Shown: positions 11,301 through 20,761, numbered from the stretch's first letter. The stretch is DNA of 51,471 nucleotides from an uncultured bacterium (GCA_964012435.1 CAXGSM010000009.1:1-51471); one strand, 5' to 3'. Notes: a model not told the origin generated them from the letters alone. Numbers and translations are program-made.

Positions 11301-14300
11301 CTGTGTCTGAGTCAGTAAGCCCCATTGTGTCTTGAACTGTTAATGTCACTGTCCACATGTCTCCATTTGAATCATTATCCAAATCAGTTAAACCGTCTCT
11401 AACTTGAGGATTAGCTTGATCATCATCATAAGTACATGTATGTACTGGTCCAGCTCCACCAGTTCCATTACCACAATCCCATGTGTATGTAAGACCCTGG
11501 TCATCAGGATCAACTGAATTATGAGCTGACAGGTCAACAGAGAACTGTCCGTTAAAGCTAGGTGCTGAGCTTATTGAAACATCAAAAGTTCCAACCCAGT
11601 TCAAATGATCTTCAATCCAAGGATTTGTTGGATTAGCATTTGGATCCCAATTCTCAGGACCTGAAATAGCAGCTCTTGGAGCTCTATTTACCATGTTTCT
11701 AACAGGAACTTGGTTCAAAGAGGTTGAACCAGCAAGACAGAAGTAGTCCAAACATCCAGGAGAAACATGAGGATCATTTACTACAAGCTCAATTGGGCCA
11801 ACACTATATGGTATCAATGGAGTGTTGGAAGCCGCATAAGAGCAAAGGTCATAAGTAAACGGACCAGGCGAGAATGGAGGACTTATGTTTGGAGCATTTG
11901 CATCTCCACAATCCCATTCAAAAGTTGTAGACCAAGGAGGATTGCTTAATTGATTTTCTAAATCTATTGTTGAGTTTCCAACTAAAACAATATTGTTTGA
12001 TGTCAGTAAGCTATCTACAACAGGCAAGAAATCAGTTTGAGGATCAACATAAAGAATAGGCATTGGTGTTGTGTTTGTTGCCCTTGCAATGTTGTGGTTA
12101 TCCTGTCCAGACAAATCACCATCACTTACAACAAGAGATACAGCAGGTCTTCCTACTGTTTCAAATTCACAATTCTGAGCAGAAGTGTTTCCTGCTGCAG
12201 TTCCATCACATTCCCAAGAGTACTGTAAAGAGTCCCCATCAGGATCCCAGGAAAGGTAAAGAGGATCTTCACCTTCACCCCTTGAATGCCAGCTAGTGAC
12301 TCCTCCAACAGGAACAACCCAGTCAGTGTTTTCCTCATGAGCAACAACGATAGGAGCCCTATTTTCCCAAATTTCAAATGTCAAATACTCAATATCGATA
12401 TTGTCATTCATGTCAATAATTCCATTAGTTGAATAGTCATCTCTTAAAGGTTCAGGGAAAGTAATGACGTCAGCACCGACAACACCACATGTGTCTATAG
12501 TGAAGGTTGAAGTCAATGAACCAGCCTCCCTGACCAGTCCTTGTCTTCCTCTAACTAGGTTCAATTCAATATCAGCACAAGCTCCAGCATCAAGCTGTAA
12601 TTGGTTATCTCCAGCTGTAGCAGCAGAACCAATATTCCCCTCACGAACCTCTTCAATTTGAGCACCGTCATCAACAAGGTATGCAGGGGACATAGCGCCA
12701 CCAAGGAAACCTCCATCAACTCTTACAGTATCCAAAAGGCTGATAAGCCTTGCATTATCTCCATCCTGGACAGTTTCAAGCAATGGATCAGCAAACTCAA
12801 GAACATCTGGGCTACCAGGAGTACAGTTCGTAACTGTTGTTGTCGTAGGACCACCAGCAAACATATTGTCATCCTCAATACGTATTGGGTTCCCTATACG
12901 GAACTGCTGAGCAACACATTCTCCGTCTGGAATGTCAACACTTGTTGAATTTATTTGAGCATTCGAAACTATATCTGTTACAGGGTCTGTTGGATCACAT
13001 CCACCAACTTCAACAGTCCTATCGTCTGAATCTCCAATCTGGTTCGAAACCCTTACGCCCACATTGTCGGCAAAAAGCCCTGTAGCACAAACTCCGTCTG
13101 CAACTATTACAAAATCTGTAAATTCAATATGGTCCCTTATCAAAGGTTCAACAGAAAAGCCACATCCTCCAACAGTTCCATTGTCGCAAACTGAATACTC
13201 AACGGTCTCAAAAACAGGACCACCGACAGGATTTGGGAAACTACATGTTCCCACAGCAAAATCAAATATCTGGCCTGCACCACAATTAATTCGATATTCA
13301 AGAGAGTCATTATCAGGATCCCATGAATTATTCAAATCTATCTCAACATTATGAGTTGTTGAACTTGATCCAACAGTCAAAGAACCTGTGTAATCAGCAA
13401 GTGCAACTGGCCTTTGCTGACCAGGTCCTGCTTCATCAACATAAACAACAACTGTTCTCACATCTTCAGAAGGAGAACTTTCATCATCAAGAACTCTTAC
13501 AGTAAGAAGGTTTGCTCCAGTAACCATTCCGTCTATTGCAACAGAACAACTACCAGTCTCTTGAGTCATGCCTGGGTTGTCAAAAGCAAGATTGTGTACC
13601 CAGTTACAGTCAATTTCTCTGGAAGAAATTCCAGAACCAGAACTCATGTTTGTATCAGCATCTAATGAAAGAGCTGTATTCCATGGAACTGGCTGTTGTG
13701 AATCATGGTTGTAATAAACACCTGTAACTTTTATGCTTCCCATTGGATCTTGGTTCATGTCAGAAACATAAACATCCAAATTCACAGTATGAGAACGAAC
13801 AGAATCAGTAGGCAATATTGTGTTTGCATCTCCTGAATCATCCCTTAATCCACCATCATCTGTAACTGTCAAAGTCACTGTTTTAACACCTGTTCCATCA
13901 TTCACCTCATCATAAGAACATCTCCATGTAGGGTCGGAAGTTCCACTCCATTCAGAAAGTGTTCCTCCATTACAGGTTGGCTGATATTCATTAATGTTTC
14001 CATCAAGATCATCTGATCTTGAACCATCAAAATCTATAAAATATGAGCCAGAAGGATCATATGTTCCAAGAGAACCACTTGCGCCGCTTATAAAGAAATA
14101 AGCCTGTGGCTGCCTGTTCTTCAAACTCGAATCACATGGCGTTCCATCATTTGGACAATCTCCAACATGTATAACTGTAGTGATAACTGTAGAAAGACCT
14201 CCATCAGCATCCGTAATTCTTAAGCCGACAGTATAGTCTTTTTCTTCTGAGAAAGTTATATTCTCACTTTCATTTGTTGAATCAACCGTAAACACACCAC

Positions 14301-17300
14301 CAACAACATCAAAATCCCATTCATAAGTACAACCATCACAGTCTGTTGGATCTGTCCATGTTGCATCATCTGTATCAACAGCTACAGCACTGAAGTCAAC
14401 ACTCAAAGGAGCAAAACCAGCAAGGAAAGGGCTTGCAGAAATAGCACCCTGTGGTGCTTCATTTTCATTCGGCATAACTCTGTATGTCACAGCATGAATA
14501 TTTGTTCCACCAAGGTTATCAGTTGCTCTCAAAGCAATTATCCCCTCTCTGTAATTAGCACCAGGAACATCATTTCCGAATGTTGAATCAACTGATGAAT
14601 TTAATTCACTTCCACTTACATCAACATTAAATGTTATGCCGTCATAGTTAAGATCCCAATCCCAAACAACAACCTCGCCATCAGCATCAACTGACCTTCT
14701 TCCATCGAGATAGACTGATGCGTTTCCAGTATTGTCATATTCTGAAACATTACGTACAGATTCAGCAAAAGGCTTGACTATCGCAACAGCTTGCGGAGCA
14801 CTGTTACCAGCATTTATGTCGTGCTGGTAACCATCTGAACTTGGATCATCACCATAACCAACGGAGATGGTTAAACTCCTTGAACCTGTCTCCCCATTGT
14901 TATCAATAAGGTCGTAAGTCACAACATAATCACCAACTTCCCTGAAAGTACATTTTCCAGTACCATCACCATTATCGCTTGGTATCGGCTCGTTACCTGC
15001 ACTAGCAATTGAATTGGAATCACAATCCAAATTTCCATTTCCAAAGTTGACTATTTCATCCTCTCTGTCGAAAGAAGCTTTTGCGTCCAAACAAACACTA
15101 AAAGAAGGTGTTGCAAGATTATGGTCAAGAACGCCTGCAGAAGCCATAGGACAAGATTCAGTCTGGTCCTCTCTCAATCTCAAAAGAACCACCGGTGCTT
15201 GGTTCTGATAGTCATCCACGTAGAGGTAACTCCAAATTATTGGTGAACATTCACCTGGGTTTGGTCCACCGCTACATGCTCTCATTCCAACTCTTGTTCT
15301 GTTGTCTCCTGCATCGAATACAGAACCTGAATAACTCAAATCAACGGCACAGTTTGTACCAGCTGCTGGATTGCTATTTGGGTTACAGTTAACAGTATGA
15401 TCCGGAGTCCAGTTTGAAGAAGAACCATCCCAATCCTGAACAAACTCACATGTGAAACTTGTACCATCAGGATCATAAGAACCTCTATTATTGTCTCCAA
15501 AAGCACTTACCCTCCATGCACATTGAGCCTCAACTGAAAGGTTATTTGTTTCATCCAATTCACCAACAGCTCTATTGCTGTTTGAAGCATTTCTTAACCT
15601 CATAACAGAGACAGGTGGACGATCCTGGTTATTGTTTACAGGAACCCATATTACACCACAGCCAACAGCTCCATCATTGTCAGTGTATCTTGCACCAACC
15701 CTCTTCAAACCTGTTGTAGCATATGAATAATTGTTAAACGTATTGGTTCCAGGATTGCTCCAATCATTATCATTCTCACAACTGTTCGCTTCAACAAAGT
15801 TAGAATTTCCAAAACCACCTGTCCTTGTGATGTTCGTGTCGTAATCCGCATTCCATTCACAAACAGCAGGCTGAGGTGCAGCAAAACCGCCATCATCCTC
15901 ATAATCACTAACCCAACATTCAAGTTCAGGACCGAATTCATTTGTTGCCATTCCTGTGCTGATGCTTCCTGAAAGATCTCTTATATGAACCTGAGGTGAA
16001 TTATTGATTCTTTGCGTGTAAGCATTTCCATCAATCCAAGTTGCTCCTTGATCGGAGCTCATCATGTGGAACATTTTCGCACGACCGCTTGAAGCCTCAA
16101 CAAAACTCAAATGCCAGAAACCGTCAAAAGGACCTCCTGTTGCAGGTTCTATGGTTAGTGTAGGTTGAGTTTGAGCACCTTGTCCAGATGCCCTCAAATC
16201 ACTGTTTGCCAAGCCAGGCATAGAGTTTCTTGAAGACCAGGTAGCACCTGCATCTGTACTTTCAACCCAATAAATATCCAAGTCACCAGTTGCATCATCA
16301 CCAAAGAAAACGATAATGTGATCACTGTTTACAGGATCTATTACCATGTTTGGAGCCTCAGCATTGCTGGAACATACCGGAGTACCTTGTAAGGTCACAT
16401 GAGATATGTTTTGAGCCTCTTCCCAAGTGACGTTTCCGTTAAGGTAACCACCCTTTCTGTACCTTATTTGAGTTTCTCCCCCAAGACACTCTTCTAGTGA
16501 GGATGACATCCAGATTGTATGCAATATACCCTCATCCGGACCTGTTTGAGTGAAATGTATATTGTGCTGTCCTTGAGACCAACTGCTATCATTTCCTTCA
16601 GCTGGAAGGAACGGGTAAGCATCCATATCACCAAAATCACCACTGATCATCTCGTCATCTCCAACAGTCAAAGGAATTTCAGAATTGCTCTGCGGGTCTC
16701 CCTCTCGACAAAGTTTTGCATCCCATGATCCACTATACACATTTAGACACATTAAGTTACTTGTCGCTCCCTCTTCGTCTACAACTCGAACAGCGATTCT
16801 GTAATCACTACCAAAATTCATCTGAGTTCCTAATCCATCTATACCATTTGTTGAATTAAGTTCCCATTGATAGAAGTTCTGCTCTCCTGAAGCGTTACAG
16901 TGAGTGGTGTCATTTGCAATGAAGTTAGGATCAGCAACATCGATATTTGCAACATCTGACTCTATAACATCAGCAAAGAAAGAAACACCATCGTAATCAA
17001 GATCCCATTCAAGGGTCTGAAGAGCATCATCATCACAAACACCTACACCAAAGCCAACAAACTTACCTGGTGAAGGGTTAAAGAATTCTGTTGGATTTGT
17101 CCCAATAGGATTCAAAACAGTGAAGTCATCCAGTGCATTATCAGTAAAGGCACCTTGCTCACATGTAGCACAATTTGCAGGATTTTCATCCACACCATAT
17201 ACCCATATCTTAGGAACCTCTGGAGCTTGGTTAACCTGAATCCTGACAGTTTCAGAATCTCCAGATATACCATCCCATACAGTCAATACTGCATCATAGA

Positions 17301-20300
17301 AAGGAGCATTTGCTGTGTATGTATGAATATATGTTGAATTCAAAGTTGTTAAATCAAGATTAGTATCACCATCAAAATCCCATTGGTACTGGAGATCGTC
17401 AGGGCCTGAATCCAAATCAAAACTAGAAGATGCATCAAATTCAACTCTTAAATTAGTTGGCGTATCATCAAGTATCTCAAAAGTAAGACTTGCTGAAGGT
17501 TCAACATTGTTAATGACTCCAACAGAAGCGCTTGCAGAATCACAAAGCTGAGCTTCAGGGAAGTCAAGAATACCTGGGTAACGACATGTTCCATCAATAG
17601 CAACAACTCTAATTCTGAAATCAGTTTCACCAGTCCACAAATCAACACCATTGAGTTCTGCTGAAGGAGCAGTCCAAACAATTCCGCTCACTCCTGATTT
17701 TGCCCAAATTCCATCGTTGCTTTCAATGCTTGCAGAAGGACCATAAGAACCCCATTGTCTATGCTCGAGAATGGCTTCATTACTGGAGAGATAGTTGCTG
17801 GTTAACGTATCGGCCAAGGTGATTGTCGCAACAGAATTACCAAAATTACCTGATTGAGTACATTCAACTATCGTTGTGTCAAAGCCAGGCTGGCTATTAT
17901 CACTAATCCTTACAGGCCTGTATTGATTATGACGATTACATGAACCTTGAACAGAGACAGTGCTGCTTCCTGAAAAAGCATCAGTTGTCAGGTAGGCTCT
18001 AGCATTTGAATTATTGTTAGAACCCTTCCAATCAGTCCAATAATATTTAGTTGTACCACATGGGTCAGTCCATGTAGGAGCACAATTTCCTGGGCCATCA
18101 GCATCTTCAATAGAAACAGAAACTGTTGTCTTTGAAGCATCTGAAGCAGGAGCGCTCAAAGGTGATTCAAATATTGGATTATCAGCAATGGTTGGACCAG
18201 CAGTTATTTGAGGTGGGTCATTAACGTTTGGAGAACTATAAACAACTGTAACAATTGATTCATCTGACTTATCACAATCATCAAGTTCATTACCAAATGT
18301 ATTTGGATCATTTGGGTCATAAGGAGTGAAGACGCCACCTAAATCACATCCTAAGATTTGGTATTGATCATTTGTGTCAAGAGTCAAAAACCTATCTAGG
18401 CCCAAGGTCCCTGCCTGAACATCAACCGAAGTTATTTGGGCTCTCTGATAGCATCCATCTGAATTCCAATCTGGTTCAGCATAAGGTGAACATGATTCAC
18501 CTGAATCCGGGAAAACAACCACAAAGTGACCCCAGTCACATAAAGGGTTTCCAGTAACATTACTGGTACCACAAACCCTACTGAAATCTTGTAGAGGATC
18601 GGTATCTACAATTGTATTTTTACTTGTGCCATCACCGTTGTCAAGGAATCCTTGCATTGCTATCTGATCAGCAACAGAAACTGAAATAGGCATTGCACAT
18701 CTTATGCTGACTCTTGCATTGTTAGAAATAGCATAGTCTTCTTCAAGAGTTGTTGATATTTCAAGATTTCCAGCTGGAGCATTAAGAGGATCAGTGTCAG
18801 CTGTAATCGACACTACAAAAGTGTCTGTGTATTCTGTTCCAGCATCATCACTAAGCCTGATAGGTATGTTTGTACTACCATTAGCTCCACCAAAAGCCAA
18901 TATATTGTCTACCCTTATACAGGTTGTACCTGCAACAGCGCCGCCACATTGACCTTGTCCAAAGCTAAAGCCAACATTTGAAATCGCTGCTGAAGAGTTC
19001 ACACTATCTAAAACCTTCAAAATTGAATTGTCAACATTAAAGTCTGGGTTTCTTACAACGCTGTTTGAAAGAACAACACCGCTACCACCATCAGGAACCA
19101 AAGAATTAAATCCAGCATCTGGACTCCATGACCAATTATCAAAACCCCAAAGATTCGAAGAATCAGTGACACAGCTTTGAGGAGTAGCATTTGGGTTATT
19201 GATATCAAGAGACCACCAGTATCTAATTATGTCTGAATTAGAGTCGTCTGCGCTGACGGTAACCTGTCTTGTCGAACCGGTTGTTTCACTAACTTCCATC
19301 GTGATTTGAGCCTGAGGATTACTGCCTGTTATAGAAGGAATGGAATTCTTGAAAGCAGGACCGCCTCCCCCACCTCCATTTGAAGTGCCGCTGTCTGAAA
19401 CAGTGATAAGCCAAGTAGTGCTTCCAACTCCACCAAAAATATCCTGAGCTGTAACGGTAATCTCATATTGATCACTTGTTAATTGAACATCTCTATCAGC
19501 CAAAGGACGGAATCGACCACAGAAAACTGGCTGTTGTCCAGGTTGATTAGTACAAAGAAGACCGCTTGAAGGGTCATTTGCAACGTCACCTACCTTGCTG
19601 TTTGAAGGCATTCCGATTTCAATAACACCCTCAAAAGGAAGGTTTTCACCTATAAGATCAACATTCCAGTTAACCAAGCTTATATTTTCTGATTCTGAGA
19701 TGTTGCCATTCTGGAACTCGGCAGCTAGCCAAACATAATTATTGTCGTTAGAGTTTCCAGAACCGTCATCACTAATATCATCTGAGTTAAAAGAACCTCC
19801 AGAAAAAGTACCTGGTTCTATGATTTCACTATTTCTAGGATCAGCTTTTTCATCTTCCCATTCAAAAGCAGTCACCGTTGCAGGGCTATTAAACTCAGCT
19901 ACGTAATTTACAGTTAAATTAATGTCTGCCTCAGTGTAACCGCCCTTATCATCTGACATACGCACTCTTAAAGTTACAGGAATATCTGTCTGCGCACATC
20001 CTGAATCTTCATCAAGATTTGGAGCATGCCAAACAGCATGACTGTAATATTGATTTGATATTATTTGACCTTCTTCATCCTGTAAATTTGTAGCTGGAGT
20101 CAAAGGATAAAAAGGCTCCAATAAAACCTGGCCCTCATTTGTTGTTACGGTTCCTCGACACTGACTTGGACTAACCTGAGTCCACTCAACAACAACATTA
20201 TCATCAGCATCAGATTCTTGGAATTCAACATAAAGATCTATAACGGAATGATCGATTGATGTGGTTGAATCTGTAACAGAGGTGCATGTTTCATTATTTT

Positions 20301-20748
20301 CTTCAGTACATCTTGAATCAACACTCCCAACCTGGACCCTGTTTCCTTCTTCATCCAAAAGGTACGCAAACGGAGCAACTGTGACCTCTGGACCTTGATT
20401 AATTCTTAAAACAAGACGTGTGTAACCTTTCTTACCTCTCTCATCCTTAACCTCAAACTCAAGTTCAACAGTTGTACCAATTACTGGAATACCAAAAAGA
20501 GTTCCTGTACCTGGATCAAACTCCAAGCCATTAGGAAGCTGTTCTTGATTCAATAAAGAAATATCAAGATCTCCACTTCCACCATTAGCCTGCAAAGTCA
20601 TACTGTAAGATTCATCAACCTGTCCAGGTTCTAAAGCACCTGTAATGAAAGCAGGAGTTCCAACCTCTTGACTATCTCCACCGCTACAGGCAGAAAATAT
20701 GATTGAGAAAAGAATTACACAGAATGTTGATTTAATGAATTTTTTCAT
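8338..20748 (-). CDS. Giant (4136 aa) lipoprotein with Ig/PKD-like repeats, Asp-box beta-propeller blades and inserted beta-barrel-like modules; probable surface adhesin or structural protein
   Basis: Signal MKKFIK..VILFSIIFSA-C with a lipobox; putative-Ig module (LPNGLEFDPGTGTLFGIP); many N.(A/P)P...D...S.D.DG...Y.WD(F/C) PKD-like units; Asp-boxes STDAGATW, SSDQGATW, TTNRGRGW; GGAGGT SD upstream. Confidence 0.9.
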   Translation of the reverse strand: MKKFIKSTFCVILFSIIFSACSGGDSQEVGTPAFITGALEPGQVDESYSMTLQANGGSGDLDISLLNQEQLPNGLEFDPGTGTLFGIPVIGTTVELEFEVKDERGKKGYTRLVLRINQGPEVTVAPFAYLLDEEGNRVQVGSVDSRCTEENNETCTSVTDSTTSIDHSVIDLYVEFQESDADDNVVVEWTQVSPSQCRGTVTTNEGQVLLEPFYPLTPATNLQDEEGQIISNQYYSHAVWHAPNLDEDSGCAQTDIPVTLRVRMSDDKGGYTEADINLTVNYVAEFNSPATVTAFEWEDEKADPRNSEIIEPGTFSGGSFNSDDISDDGSGNSNDNNYVWLAAEFQNGNISESENISLVNWNVDLIGENLPFEGVIEIGMPSNSKVGDVANDPSSGLLCTNQPGQQPVFCGRFRPLADRDVQLTSDQYEITVTAQDIFGGVGSTTWLITVSDSGTSNGGGGGGPAFKNSIPSITGSNPQAQITMEVSETTGSTRQVTVSADDSNSDIIRYWWSLDINNPNATPQSCVTDSSNLWGFDNWSWSPDAGFNSLVPDGGSGVVLSNSVVRNPDFNVDNSILKVLDSVNSSAAISNVGFSFGQGQCGGAVAGTTCIRVDNILAFGGANGSTNIPIRLSDDAGTEYTDTFVVSITADTDPLNAPAGNLEISTTLEEDYAISNNARVSIRCAMPISVSVADQIAMQGFLDNGDGTSKNTIVDTDPLQDFSRVCGTSNVTGNPLCDWGHFVVVFPDSGESCSPYAEPDWNSDGCYQRAQITSVDVQAGTLGLDRFLTLDTNDQYQILGCDLGGVFTPYDPNDPNTFGNELDDCDKSDESIVTVVYSSPNVNDPPQITAGPTIADNPIFESPLSAPASDASKTTVSVSIEDADGPGNCAPTWTDPCGTTKYYWTDWKGSNNNSNARAYLTTDAFSGSSTVSVQGSCNRHNQYRPVRISDNSQPGFDTTIVECTQSGNFGNSVATITLADTLTSNYLSSNEAILEHRQWGSYGPSASIESNDGIWAKSGVSGIVWTAPSAELNGVDLWTGETDFRIRVVAIDGTCRYPGILDFPEAQLCDSASASVGVINNVEPSASLTFEILDDTPTNLRVEFDASSSFDLDSGPDDLQYQWDFDGDTNLDLTTLNSTYIHTYTANAPFYDAVLTVWDGISGDSETVRIQVNQAPEVPKIWVYGVDENPANCATCEQGAFTDNALDDFTVLNPIGTNPTEFFNPSPGKFVGFGVGVCDDDALQTLEWDLDYDGVSFFADVIESDVANIDVADPNFIANDTTHCNASGEQNFYQWELNSTNGIDGLGTQMNFGSDYRIAVRVVDEEGATSNLMCLNVYSGSWDAKLCREGDPQSNSEIPLTVGDDEMISGDFGDMDAYPFLPAEGNDSSWSQGQHNIHFTQTGPDEGILHTIWMSSSLEECLGGETQIRYRKGGYLNGNVTWEEAQNISHVTLQGTPVCSSNAEAPNMVIDPVNSDHIIVFFGDDATGDLDIYWVESTDAGATWSSRNSMPGLANSDLRASGQGAQTQPTLTIEPATGGPFDGFWHLSFVEASSGRAKMFHMMSSDQGATWIDGNAYTQRINNSPQVHIRDLSGSISTGMATNEFGPELECWVSDYEDDGGFAAPQPAVCEWNADYDTNITRTGGFGNSNFVEANSCENDNDWSNPGTNTFNNYSYATTGLKRVGARYTDNDGAVGCGVIWVPVNNNQDRPPVSVMRLRNASNSNRAVGELDETNNLSVEAQCAWRVSAFGDNNRGSYDPDGTSFTCEFVQDWDGSSSNWTPDHTVNCNPNSNPAAGTNCAVDLSYSGSVFDAGDNRTRVGMRACSGGPNPGECSPIIWSYLYVDDYQNQAPVVLLRLREDQTESCPMASAGVLDHNLATPSFSVCLDAKASFDREDEIVNFGNGNLDCDSNSIASAGNEPIPSDNGDGTGKCTFREVGDYVVTYDLIDNNGETGSRSLTISVGYGDDPSSDGYQHDINAGNSAPQAVAIVKPFAESVRNVSEYDNTGNASVYLDGRRSVDADGEVVVWDWDLNYDGITFNVDVSGSELNSSVDSTFGNDVPGANYREGIIALRATDNLGGTNIHAVTYRVMPNENEAPQGAISASPFLAGFAPLSVDFSAVAVDTDDATWTDPTDCDGCTYEWDFDVVGGVFTVDSTNESENITFSEEKDYTVGLRITDADGGLSTVITTVIHVGDCPNDGTPCDSSLKNRQPQAYFFISGASGSLGTYDPSGSYFIDFDGSRSDDLDGNINEYQPTCNGGTLSEWSGTSDPTWRCSYDEVNDGTGVKTVTLTVTDDGGLRDDSGDANTILPTDSVRSHTVNLDVYVSDMNQDPMGSIKVTGVYYNHDSQQPVPWNTALSLDADTNMSSGSGISSREIDCNWVHNLAFDNPGMTQETGSCSVAIDGMVTGANLLTVRVLDDESSPSEDVRTVVVYVDEAGPGQQRPVALADYTGSLTVGSSSTTHNVEIDLNNSWDPDNDSLEYRINCGAGQIFDFAVGTCSFPNPVGGPVFETVEYSVCDNGTVGGCGFSVEPLIRDHIEFTDFVIVADGVCATGLFADNVGVRVSNQIGDSDDRTVEVGGCDPTDPVTDIVSNAQINSTSVDIPDGECVAQQFRIGNPIRIEDDNMFAGGPTTTTVTNCTPGSPDVLEFADPLLETVQDGDNARLISLLDTVRVDGGFLGGAMSPAYLVDDGAQIEEVREGNIGSAATAGDNQLQLDAGACADIELNLVRGRQGLVREAGSLTSTFTIDTCGVVGADVITFPEPLRDDYSTNGIIDMNDNIDIEYLTFEIWENRAPIVVAHEENTDWVVPVGGVTSWHSRGEGEDPLYLSWDPDGDSLQYSWECDGTAAGNTSAQNCEFETVGRPAVSLVVSDGDLSGQDNHNIARATNTTPMPILYVDPQTDFLPVVDSLLTSNNIVLVGNSTIDLENQLSNPPWSTTFEWDCGDANAPNISPPFSPGPFTYDLCSYAASNTPLIPYSVGPIELVVNDPHVSPGCLDYFCLAGSTSLNQVPVRNMVNRAPRAAISGPENWDPNANPTNPWIEDHLNWVGTFDVSISSAPSFNGQFSVDLSAHNSVDPDDQGLTYTWDCGNGTGGAGPVHTCTYDDDQANPQVRDGLTDLDNDSNGDMWTVTLTVQDTMGLTDSDTVNVRVIEQLGPQSAIFPSDADSQVNFWEADADPGLADLKSPDAELLDVFADGTYMFPKPLNPLAGTNPGGCPFAELPNCDPTDVLFDSVVHLDASRSLDPYGRNVFVQVDCDWDNDPNNFSIDMSGSTLSTDPLAEPSWFEHVCRTQVSGNTLWNGTDEPDSGDSSTYMAKRNISVRVCETESIASCASAREDVSSFDMTVWRNRIPLAHMTIQDPVFSGDSSRDVDYSARSSWDPDGDPILFGDGAGAIDKDGLANYSGVGDDICPDGTTFCDDKDQVPQWRCDDSGAWPYQTGFGNNKAIWNANEGHRIGVANGDSDLGDQGINGSDSFRCLVSGQGVTFRPSLYLSDGDPSDEGYSLESCIEYSDGGATASTLDEHVCANGNPIHLGGVGNGLTVNNPPVAWIIEQTQGDLFGITPFTISLSADHYDPDGDTLSSGFNSNTGFEWDFHYSRSWFWGGNDDDVLNVNDFNYQADDVSDFDIDSAGVWNFAVRATTQGTHTALVQSDGSGAQCFDEDNQFAPYPCDTGLLNIPQTFWDNGNLAVGSGDCKFGVLDQLTGEMVAEGGVFLLKDEDAAMYNIGQSVEVFAGGQVFVQGSICDVIDIPTSVNGLDGDLSRVYVNWSGALFQPMPIGETFIRNTDDTLTGTEELKTFTVVTDGYIGNLQIPTRHAQSGNILSSGGSVGTVGDTQNDFHASALGQWAAWSVIDSEDQRPDSTVMAQSDNEPFGQYSLFFDSSPPNNPEHTVMFNRFVHTSDDPAIKGVTGQYGGWFNMNYEDQLVGSTQGGTNLANLDSFGFGVAIDSAACSSDALTGVCRNVTTINTGLYPSLADVSKTSNTTSPDMFVAFSTANQTLTKKTTNRGRGWSGASQVNNSGSGASPLYLRVSADISDDILAISWADTASNSTERVTLGCTDNMNPIWQLSDYSIGDPIESPDVQHSPSIEIFGDKIFTLWTDNRRGGQSSEEIFFKIFDGSDSLGNSTSCFQ

Positions 20749-20755
20749 AATGATT

Positions 20756-20761
20756 ACCTCC
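20756..20761 (-). promoter_or_regulatory. Strong Shine-Dalgarno site of the giant gene
   Basis: Minus strand reads GGAGGTaatcattATG. Confidence 0.8.

Noticed and set aside
8979..18557. Many short ORFs within or antisense to the giant gene
   Set aside because: Shadow frames of a long coding region; no motifs, signals or independent space.
8338..20748. Giant gene as an RTX/T1SS adhesin, autotransporter, Rhs toxin, DGR target or true sialidase
   Set aside because: No GGxGxD nonapeptides, C-terminal barrel, YD repeats or nearby reverse transcriptase; Asp-boxes are present but no FRIP/RIP sialidase motif was recognised at the propeller start.
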